Below are positions 28,595-37,806 of a DNA stretch of 64,000 nucleotides, piece by piece; position 1 is the first letter of the stretch; each line of letters starts with the position of its first letter. The notes under the pieces are model-generated. The model searched no databases and was not told the origin of the DNA. It saw nothing but the letters and a program-made list of their open reading frames with translations. Origin of the DNA: Entomortierella parvispora E1425 (lineage: Eukaryota > Fungi > Mortierellomycota); NCBI GenBank assembly GCA_020891255.1, contig BQFW01000001.1, positions 1,860,001 through 1,924,000 on the forward strand, written 5' to 3'. The translations under genes and the position numbers were made by a program.

Positions 28595-30108
28595 ATGCCC
28601 GTCAAAACAATCACCAGCCAGTCCGACTACCAGAGCATCCTCTCGGATGGCGGTGCAACCAAACTTGTAATTAATCGTCTCTTTCATCAGGAGAGGCGCT
28701 TGCGTGCCATGGTCGCGTTATATATAGACAATACATCTTTGCAAAAACTGATTGGTCCCGTCTCTTCATACTCCAATCATAGGTCGTTGTTGACTTTACT
28801 GCTGTAAGATTACCCGTCGGACAATTACAGGATTGACACCAGGAATGGACGAACATTCTGGACTGACATCACCCAAAAAATCACTTTTCTTCTCCATGTA
28901 GGCATGGTGCGGACCTTGCCAAACGATCAAGCCCGTTTTTGAAAAGCTGTCGAACCAGTACCGCCATGTTACATTCGTCAAGGTGAGGCTTTCTCTGGAA
29001 TCTAGACTATGCAAAACAAGGCCTGTTCGTTCGTCCTTTCAGGTACTGATCCATGTTACTGAACGACTCTTCCTTCTCAATTTCACAGGTCGATGTTGAC
29101 GAGTTCCAGGAGGTTGCTGCCGTCGCTGGAGTCACTGCCATGTACGTTTGACTGGATTAAATGGCCACAAGACTGAAGGATGACTCGATGGAAATGGAAG
29201 AGAGAAATATGAAAGAGGCAATCCTAATGAGACGCACTCAATGTCATGGATTTTATTAGGCCTACGTTTCAGTTCTTCAAAGCCTCGAAAAAGATTGCCG
29301 AGATGAAAGGAGCAAACCCAACACAGCTCGAGGCTTTGATCAAGCAACATCAGGGACCCGTGGAAGATGCCGAAGGTGGATCTAGTAGCAGTTCAGCAGG
29401 ATTGGTTGCTGGCCATGGGGATGTCACCGAGATCATTACCTTGAACCAGGTCGACTGCTTGAACCAACAGACTGCCAACCATATCAGGAATGCCCTCAAG
29501 GCGGATGAGACATTTTTGGAGAGTGATGTGGATGAGCAGCTTATCGTCTCGGTTCCTTTCAACCAGGTAAGGCGCCTGTTGCATTGCAAACGAAAGGACT
29601 GACTTTGGGCTGTCGACTCTGAAGACAAGAATAGGCTATACTTGTGATCTTCAGGTTAGAGGTGTTTTAATGACGGAATCATTTCGATGTCTTTTAGGCC
29701 ATCAAACTGCACTCGATCAAGATTGTGCCCAAGGATATTGGTAAGAATCAAGTCAAGGGGATATAGAAACTTTTTCAAGGGGCCGAGTCTGACCAGCGCT
29801 TTCCTCCATTTTTAGCGCATGCGCCAAAGACGATCAAGCTGTATGTGAACAAGCTGACACTTGGATTCGACGAGACTGACAGCGTGGAAGAGACCCAGAC
29901 AATTGTGTTGAGCGAAAAGGAGTACGAGGCCAACGGAGTGATCCCCCTGCGCTTTGTCAAGTTCCAGAACGTCACCAGCGTGATTCTGTTTATCGAGGAT
30001 AACTTGGGAGAGGAAGAGACGACACAGATCAAGCAGCTGATCTTTATCGGAAGCCCTTTGGATAGTACCGACATGTCTGCACTGAAGAAGGTCGAGCACG
30101 ATCACTAA
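28595..30108 (+). CDS. TXNL1: Thioredoxin-like protein 1 (Trx + PITH domain, proteasome-associated Txl1/TXNL1)
   Basis: VVVDFTA|AWCGPC active site, TAMPTFQFFK, PITH motifs [10 protein letters not shown] and [13 protein letters not shown]. Exons 28595-28666, 28783-28803, 28902-28982, 29089-29141, 29260-29566, 29698-29740, 29816-30108. Confidence 0.93.
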
Positions 30109-30976
30109 AAAAGTGTTCATAGTGCATCCCTATTAAAGAATGTTGTCTTGCGCCTGCGTATCTGGTCCCACAGAATTCAGGTCCAACAATGATCACTACC
30201 TGTTGAGGTTCAATCTGATGGCTGGCTTACTGCAGTCGTTATCCTGCGACTGGGGATCTCACTTGTGGTCCACTATTCGCGGCGCCAGTATCACGGAATG
30301 GCAATAGTAACCACACGCCGAGGACGAGGATTGAAATCAAACGTAATTCGCAAGTAGACTGTGGAGAGGTGGTAGGCTCAATCTTTTCATATCATTCCTG
30401 ACTGTTGTTCTAGGACTTCAAAATCCGGTTCCCCTCCGTAAGAAGAAGGGGACAACTGTTACGCAAACTTTGAAATACCAGGAGGTTGATTCTGAGCAAA
30501 AGTTGTCGACCTTCCAGGGGAGTGTCCACCAAAGGCACGACGCAAGTGATACAAGATCGATAGGAGGTTGGCATGAAGCAGCGCAATAGAGTGTAGTTGG
30601 AGGAACCACTCCAGCGCATTTACGCCAATGCGTGCCTGTGCTGGGTGATCATGGGGTGTGTTCAGAAAATGATGTTCGAATAATGGCGCACACGCGCGAC
30701 GTTTCTGCTCAATTCAACAGCGCGGTGCAGTGAATGCCATCAAGTGCCTCTCGAGCAAAACAATGGCACATTTTCCCTACATTATATACGATGTCGGGAT
30801 CTACTCAGCCCACACGACCTGTGCATGTCGTAAACAGGTCAGAGGAAGCCACTATCACAAGTCACACATGCACTGGTCAAGTTAAGAAGACCACTCTGGG
30901 TGGGATACTTTCATTCATCGAAGACTCCTTTTATTGATCTGCTGGTAGTATCTGCGCCTGGGTGGGGACTAGATAT

Positions 30977-31447
30977 TTAGTTATCAGCAGAGTTCAAACT
31001 CCACGTCTGGCTCTCTGTGGGGATCTCTGCGACTTGGATAGTGACGGGGTCGTTCGGCCCGTTGCCCGCAGTCCAGTACCGACCGGGAAAAATCTGAGTT
31101 GTAGCAAGCCTGATGTGGAAAGTGTGCTCTTGTCTGCCGCGGACAATTTCCCATTCCCTCTCCTCAAATAATGACGCAGTCACCACATCATTGTGTCCCA
31201 CTCCGACTTTCGGGGGAGCGTCTTGGATGTGGAGGAGGTAGCGGTTGGTTCCAGTTTGTTCAAAAGTCCACCTGTTCAGAGGCCCGCCGGCGTGAACGGG
31301 CAACGACGGAATCCTGAACGGGTCAACACCAATTGGGCGAGAGCCCGCACGGATGTTTTGAATCTGGTACAGAGTTTGGGCAATTACGACTTGGAGGGAA
31401 ACCACAAGGGTGAACACGAGTGCAAGGAATCGAGTCAGACGCGCCAT
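30977..31447 (-). CDS. Secreted beta-trefoil-like small protein, array copy 1 (156 aa)
   Basis: Intact single coding exon from ATG 31447. Signal peptide MARLTRFLALVFTLVVSLQVVIA, no Cys, three internal repeats each ending in Trp (NRW, REW, QTW). TATA at ~31653-31659; AATAAA downstream. Confidence 0.85.
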   Translation of the reverse strand: MARLTRFLALVFTLVVSLQVVIAQTLYQIQNIRAGSRPIGVDPFRIPSLPVHAGGPLNRWTFEQTGTNRYLLHIQDAPPKVGVGHNDVVTASLFEEREWEIVRGRQEHTFHIRLATTQIFPGRYWTAGNGPNDPVTIQVAEIPTESQTWSLNSADN

Positions 31448-31704
31448 TTCTGACAAGGTTTGGAAAAAAGAATAAAAAATCCAGTTAGGGGATCGTCGTG
31501 AAACTAGAAGTCTGATAGGCGCTAAACACAGTTGTTCCATTACCTGCTTAGAGGGTTGGGTGGATGGGTTGGAGGGTGGTGGATAGGAAGATGTTGTTGT
31601 TGTTGTTGTTGTTGTTTTTTTTTTTTTTTTTTTTTGATGTTCGCCCCATCTCTTTTATACACAAACTCAATGGTAGGAATCAAAAACCAGGAAAAGGCAG
31701 GTAG

Positions 31705-31725
31705 CCTCGAGGTTTCTTTAGTCCC
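31705..31725. promoter_or_regulatory. Conserved promoter motif GCCTCGAGGTTTCTTT(A/G)GTCCC of array copies 1-3
   Basis: The same ~21-mer occurs at ~31704, ~33298 and ~34680, just upstream of each TATA box, while neighbouring bases differ between copies. Confidence 0.45.
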
Positions 31726-32582
31726 AATCCGAGAGCACAGCAGGAGGAAATAGCAGGGATGGAGATAATCCTCCTAGCAGGATCGAGGATAGGCCATGCA
31801 GCATTCCACAAAAAAAAAGGAGTCGAGCAAAGTAAAAAAGATGCTCGAGTTAGCCTTGAGCTGGATGGTTGGAGGAATCGCTCGCAAGCATTCATGCCGA
31901 CGCGTGCCTGAGCTGGGTGATCATGGGATGTGTCTAGAAAACGATGTTCGAATAATGGCGCACAGCAATGCTTCTGCTCAATTCAACAGCGCGGTGCAGT
32001 GAATGCACATCAGGTGCTCTTTGAGCACAACAACGGCACAATAACACCTTTTCCCCACATGAGATACGATGTTAGGATCTACTCGACCCCACACGGCCTG
32101 TGCATGTCGTGGGCATGTCAGAGAATTTTAAACCACTCTCACAAATCACGCATGTACTGGTCAAGTTATTCAAGAAGAGCAAGCTCCTGACAACTTTCAC
32201 GCAGAAGCTTCAGATCAGAGCAATGGCCTATAAGGCTACGCGACGCAATGACCAATAAAAAAAAATAGGTCCTTACTGACTAGCCCTTGCGGGAAATGTC
32301 CTAGACCCATATGTCAATTAGCTTCGGCCGCTCGTGAAAGAGCTGGTTTTCACCGTCATCGTTTTTACGCTTACTAGCGACTGGTTCGAGCTCTTTATTG
32401 TGGAGAGTGAGCGACCTTGGATTTTCCATCAAGACTGAACATCTCTCAATCATCTTGAAGTGCTAACTCCAAAGCCACACGTGCCGATTAAGGACTCTGG
32501 GCAGAATACTTTCATTCATCGAAGATTCCATTTATAGATCTGCCGGTATTATAGTGTCTGTGCCTGGGTGGGGACTAGATAC

Positions 32583-33053
32583 TTAGTTAACGACGGGGGT
32601 AATCATCCACAGCTGGTCCTCTGTGGGGAAGTCTGAGACTCTGAGAGTGACGGTATCGGTAGGCCCGTTTCCCGCAGTCCAGTACTGACCGGGCCACAGG
32701 CCAGTAGCAAGCTGGATGGTGAAAGCGTTCTTTTGACCGTCGCGGACAATTTCCCATACCCTCTTGTCGTCTAATGACGCAGTCACCACACCATTGCCTG
32801 CCACTCCGACATTCGGGGGAGCGTTTTGGATGTGGAGGAAGTAGCGGTTGCTTCCCTCAGTTTTTTCGATAGTCCACTTGTTCAGCTGCGCGCCTTCGCG
32901 AACGGGCAACGACAGAATCTTGAGCGGGTCAACACCAATTGGGTCAGAGCCCGCACGGATGTTTTGAATCTGGTGCAGAGTTTGGGCAATCACGACTTGG
33001 AGGGAAACCACCAGGGTGAATACGAGGACTATGAATTGAGCTAAATGCGTCAT
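32583..33053 (-). CDS. Secreted beta-trefoil-like small protein, array copy 2 (156 aa)
   Basis: Intact ORF MTHLAQFIVLVFTLVVSLQVVIA..., clearly paralogous to copy 1 (QIQNIRAGS.PIGVDP, VVTASL, YWTAGNGP). Confidence 0.88.
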   Translation of the reverse strand: MTHLAQFIVLVFTLVVSLQVVIAQTLHQIQNIRAGSDPIGVDPLKILSLPVREGAQLNKWTIEKTEGSNRYFLHIQNAPPNVGVAGNGVVTASLDDKRVWEIVRDGQKNAFTIQLATGLWPGQYWTAGNGPTDTVTLRVSDFPTEDQLWMITPVVN

Positions 33054-34009
33054 TTCTGATAAGTTGGAAAGAGGAAGAGCGGAAAATCCAGTTAGGGGAT
33101 CGTCATGAAACTAGAAGTCTGATAGGCGCTACACACTGTTATTCCATTACCTGTTTGGAGGGTTGGGTTGATGAGTTGGAGGGTGGTGGATAGGGGGATG
33201 TTTTTTTTTATTTTTTTTTTTTTTTATGTTCGCTCCCTCTCTTTTTATACGCAAGCTCAATGGTACTGTAGGAAACAAAACCAAGAAAAGGAAGGTGGCC
33301 TCGAGGTTTCTTTAGTCCCGTCATAGAGAACTGCAGCAGGAGCGGCCATGCAGGGTTGCACAAAACGGAGACAAAAAAAAAAAGGAGTCGGTATCAGAGA
33401 AGAGGCAGAGGAATGACAGCAAAAAGATCAAGAGAAAAAGAGATGCTCGATTCAGCCTTGAGCTGTGTGCCAGACCGATGGGAGGCCAGCACGAAGCAGC
33501 TCAATAGATTTTGGTTGGAGGAACCACTCGCAGGTATCCATGCCGACGCGTGCTGAGCTGGGTTATCATGGGATGTGTCCAGAAAACGATGTTTGAATAA
33601 TGGCGCACAACGTCCCTCCTCGTTTTTACAAAACAGGGCGCGGTTGCACGAAACGCTTCTGCTCAATTCAACAGTGAATGCCATCAAGTGCTCTTTGAGC
33701 CCGACAATGGCACAATGATACTTTTTCCCTAGATGAGATACGATGTCAGGATCTACTTGGCCCCACACGGCCTGTGCATGTCGTGAGCATGTCGAGCTCT
33801 TTATTGTGGAGAATGGGCGACCGTGAATTTTCCATCAAGACTAAACATCCTCCAATCGCCTTGAAGTTGTAATCCCAAAGCCATATGTGCCGATCAAGGG
33901 CTTGGCAATCCCTCTCTGGGCAGGGTACTTTCATTCGTCGAAACTCCATTTATTGATCTGCTGGAAGGATCTGCGCCTTTGCGGAGACTGGACGTTTGCT
34001 CTTAATGGC

Positions 34010-34478
34010 CTAAAGAAACCTCCACATCTGGTTCTCTGAAGGAGTATTTGTGGCTTGGAGAGTAACGCGGTCGGTAGGCCCGTTGCCCGCAGTCCAGTAC
34101 TGATCGCTACTAGGAAGCTTGATGTAGAAAGGACTCTTTGGCCCCCTATTCTTTTGATCGACTAGGACAATTTCCCATTCCCTCCTCTCGTTGAGAGACC
34201 TTGTTGCAACTACTTCGTCACTGTCCCCCACTCCGACATATGGGGCAGTGTCTAGGATGCGGAGCTTGAAGGTGTTGTCCTCTTCCCCATTTTCAAGTAT
34301 CCACTTTCTGAGAGGTGCGCCCGGCGCGAACGGGCAAGGACAGTCTCTTCAAAGGATCAACACCAATTGGGCTAGAGCCCGCACGGACATTTAGAATCTG
34401 GAGCGCGGCGGCCATCACGACTTGGAGGGAAACCATCAGGGTGAATACGAGGACTAGGAACTGAGCCAGATGCGCCAT
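34010..34478 (-). pseudogene. Array copy 3, frameshifted by a +1 base at ~34320-34322
   Basis: The N-terminus MAHLAQFLVLVFTLMVSLQVV...LSLPVRAG reads into a premature TGA. Removing one base restores APLRKWILENGEEDNTFKLRI...YWTAGNGPTDRVTLQ...QMWRFL. Could be a homopolymer sequencing error. Confidence 0.75.
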
Positions 34479-35959
34479 TTCTGACAAGTTGGAAAAAGGA
34501 AGAAGGAAAAATCCAGTTGAGGGATAGTTGGGAAACTAGAAGTCTGACAGGCGCCGAAGCACAGCTATTCTATTACCTGTATACAGGGTTGGGTGGATGG
34601 GTCAGAGGAATGATGGAAGATGATTTTTTTTTTATCATCGCCTCGTCTCTTCTTATACACAAGCCAAATGGCAGAAACAGCCTCGAGGTTTCTTTGGTCC
34701 CGGTCAGAGATGGCAAGGGGGAAAGAGTAGGGATAGAGTTGGTTACTCCTTGCAGAGCACAAGGGGAAGACAAAAAAAGGCGCTTGAGCTGATATGTCGA
34801 AAGGAGGGGACTGGCACAAAAGCTGCCAGACCTTCTGCCGCTAGTAGAGCCGCTCAAAGTTCAATGGCGTCCCGGAACCAATCGCCGGGGGGCACCATAA
34901 TCCCACTACTGGTCGTAAGCGGTACGGTGTCCAAATATTCTTGACATGACCTGGCCTGGCATGGCCAATCAGTTTGTGTAGAGGCAGTTGAACTACGGGG
35001 TAGGTACACGCTGCCCATTTTTTGATGTGCTCCAAGACCTCGTTCCCTCCTACCCCCAAGCTCATAGACTTGTGCGTAATGAAAAACAAGAACCTATCTT
35101 GCGCGGTTTGTGCAACACATCGCGGTATGGTCATCAGCACTGTGTCTGGATGATTACATACGGTGCCGTCCCTCTTTCTTCACCACCAGGTTGTTGATGC
35201 TCTCTCCTTCTCACCTTTCAGTGACGCGTTCGATGAGATGCCATGCCCCAATGGGGGTTCACTGACCTGTGATTGTTTGTCAATGGGCCAGTTAGACCCA
35301 TCACCATATTTAAAAAGTCCATTGCTCTTGCCCTTTCTTTCAATCCACGTTGTGTCTCTTGCCGAATAAACTCCCAAAGGATGAGTGTTACCTCTGAGTG
35401 GTCAATGGACATGCGTAGATAGCACAGGTCCCAAAATCGCGTGAGGCATGGTTGAAAGGCTATCTTCGGTCCAAATCCGTCACATCCATAGAGCGAGCAT
35501 ATACTCATAAAAGGAGTGCTTGGTTTTCTTCACAGGTGGAAGAGAGGTGTAAAGGATGGAGACGTTGCAGGCAGGTGGTCCCCAAACGAAGTCGAGACCA
35601 GACCCCCCCGTCCAAAAAAAAGACAGACAGAGCTGGCCAAGCAAAGGCCCAAGACATGACAAGCTCCAAAGCCCTGCTCTCATTCCCTCAACGGAACCAG
35701 GGAGTTGTTGTGAACTGTCCCCTGCCTCTGGCCACTCTAATTGCAAGTTAAAAACTGTACCGATCCAAATCCTCCTGTAAAAAGATTGTAGCGCCAATCA
35801 AAGGTCAAGGCATATGAAGAACAAGACTCTAAAAGACATGAGGGTCAACCGAGGAGCAAGAGACACACCACAGGGTATAGAGTCAAGCGAGGGTCTTTTG
35901 TTTTTATTGAGCTCTGGGCAAGACAGTGCTTTGCACAAGAGGGGAAAGAAACACGGCTT

Positions 35960-36436
35960 TTACTCGTCGACAGGGATAAGTTTCCAAAGGTGTTTGTTTG
36001 TAAGAGTGCGAGGGCGTTGAAGAGTGACAATGCTGTCGAGCTCGCCGTTATGCATTCCCCAGAGCGTAGCCGGACGTGCATTCGTTGGCAGTTCGATCGT
36101 GTAAGCATCACGTTCTTTGACATAATTCAATTTCCACTTTTTGTTGTCGGCTGCATTCTTGGTCGCCATCACCAGGTTGTCGTCTACACCAACATATGGG
36201 TAGCTTTCAATAAGACTAAAAAGGAATGTGTTGGGTTCCTTCGTAGGCTTGAGTGACCACTTGTTCACAGGCGAGTCGCCTGCAACCTGCGCCTGTTCTC
36301 CGTCAAAGGAATGGACACCAATTGGACGGGCTTCACGGGCAATATTTTGGATTTGGTACACACGGACCGCAATCGCAACTTGGAGGGAGACCATCGCAGA
36401 GAATGCGAGTACAATGAGTCGAGTCAGAGGCGCCAT
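35960..36436 (-). CDS. Secreted beta-trefoil-like small protein, divergent array copy 4 (158 aa)
   Basis: Real start at MAPLTRLIVLAFSAMVSLQVAIA (ATG 36436). YQIQNI..RPIGV, NKW, KKW, HLW pattern conserved; no Cys. The upstream part of the 337-aa ORF is intron/promoter sequence. Confidence 0.82.
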   Translation of the reverse strand: MAPLTRLIVLAFSAMVSLQVAIAVRVYQIQNIAREARPIGVHSFDGEQAQVAGDSPVNKWSLKPTKEPNTFLFSLIESYPYVGVDDNLVMATKNAADNKKWKLNYVKERDAYTIELPTNARPATLWGMHNGELDSIVTLQRPRTLTNKHLWKLIPVDE

Positions 36437-37355
36437 TGCTTCGACAATAAGATACGTTAGAGTCCAAAATAGAGAGAACATTTTAATGTGTATATCATCC
36501 TTTATGACAAGCGACTGTGGTAACAAATACCTGATTGTCTTGTTCTGGAGGGTGAGATGATGGTTGGATATGAAGAAAGATGATGACTTTCGGACCATTG
36601 CTGTTTCCTTTTTATTACCGAGCATGAGGACAAAAAAGAGCCAAACGAGAAAGATAGGGGCTTGGCGACGCCAGGCAAAAGCAGAATACGAAGAGTATGT
36701 CCTCGGGAAAAAAAACAAAAGGGGAGGGCTTGTACCAGGAAATGTGGGCTGGGGGAGAGGAAGACTGCAGGCAAGAGCAGAGTGAGGGAGAAGACCGAAA
36801 AGATCAAAGAACAAAAATAGGAGACGCAAAAACGGCAAAGACAAAAAAAGGTGAGAAGCGCCCAGCGGCAAAGAGGAGTTGACAGTGATGATAAAAAAAA
36901 AAAAAAAAAAAGGGCGCGGAGAACCATGCGCAGGAAGCTCGACACGACAGGATGGTTGCAGTCTTGGTGACATCTATTTATCTATTTAAATCGCTTCGGC
37001 GCAGCTAACATGGAGATCAACAGGGGTCACTGCGCCGGTTGCCAATCCTAAAATTGCGACCCCAGCGTGGATTGCAATCAAGTCTTTTTCTTGGGCAGCA
37101 TAGCCTTGGTTGCAGCTTCTTCCCGCCACTCTCTCCTCAACCATTCGTTGCACCGTTTCTCGGAGCGATTCCGGGGAAGAATTGGTCTCAATTTTTAGCC
37201 TATGTGGTCTTGAAGTTGATGGTACAAATGATCCATTGTGTCTAAAGGTCAGTAAACATTTGCTACGCCTTCCAAAGGTCATTCATGAGGCAAATAAGGA
37301 CACTTTATTTTGTGGGTCATTGACCGCAAGGGCTTGGTTGCAAAAGACCTTGGTT

Positions 37356-37806
37356 TTACAACTCGACAGGAATAAGCCTCGAAAGGTGATCGGGTCCAGG
37401 ATTGTCGGAGGGTCGAAGATTGACGGAGATCTCCTCTGCCTCGCCTTTAATAGACCAGTATTCACGAGTCCATGCACCCAGCCGGGGGACAACTTTGATC
37501 ATGTAAACACCATCATCTTTGGTTAGCAGAATTACCCATTCCTTGCTGCCATACGCTTCAAGGGATGCAGTCACCCTTGAGGCAGTATATGTGGTCTTTC
37601 CAAGTTTTTTTTTTTTTTATTTTTTTTTTTCAATTTCCCACTTGTTCGCAAGCGTAGCCAATGGGTTGTCATGGCTTCAGATCGTCGCTCCGAGTGGACT
37701 GCTTCCTTGGAGCGTGCCTACAGTCTGGCATTCCCAGAAATGTCTGGCAATCACGTATTGGAGTAAGAACACTGCCGAGAGTGCGATCACAAGTCGAATA
37801 CGCCAT
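37356..37806 (-). pseudogene. Array copy 5, decayed
   Basis: ATG 37806 is followed by a frameshift. The other frame reads RLVIALSAVFLLQYVIA...GSSPLGATI*SHDNPLATLANKWEIEKKK*KKKK...VTASLEAYGSKEW...EYWSIKG...LIPVEL, with two in-frame stops and a poly(A) expansion. Confidence 0.75.

Larger units (their letters stand above)
30590..34780. repeat. Three tandem segmental duplication units (A ~30590-31864, B ~31865-33511, C ~33512-34780), each with one secreted-protein gene plus flanks
   Basis: A shared ~300-bp noncoding block (GGTTGGAGGAA...GTGCATGTCGT) starts at ~30590, ~31865 and ~33512. A shared 3' flank TACTTTCATTC(A/G)TCGAA occurs at ~30906, ~32507 and ~33925. Promoter and 5'-UTR intron sequence are also shared. 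Confidence 0.9.

Noticed and set aside
32380-32395. GGTTCGAGCTC resembling a tRNA/Pol III B-box
   Set aside because: Imperfect match at the junction of a duplication segment, with no A-box spacing or cloverleaf.
30590-33800. Repeated blocks as a CRISPR-like or ncRNA array
   Set aside because: The repeats are hundreds of bp, diverged and collinear with the duplicated genes. They are segmental duplications in a eukaryote, not repeat-spacer arrays.
35960-36973. 337-aa ORF suggesting a long N-terminal extension on array copy 4
   Set aside because: The extension is pyrimidine-rich promoter plus 5'-UTR intron sequence. The family start and signal peptide begin at ATG 36436.
37660-37690. In-frame TGA in copy 5 as selenocysteine or read-through
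   Set aside because: The copy has additional lesions (frameshift, TAA) and the family lacks Cys at this position; simple pseudogenisation explains it.
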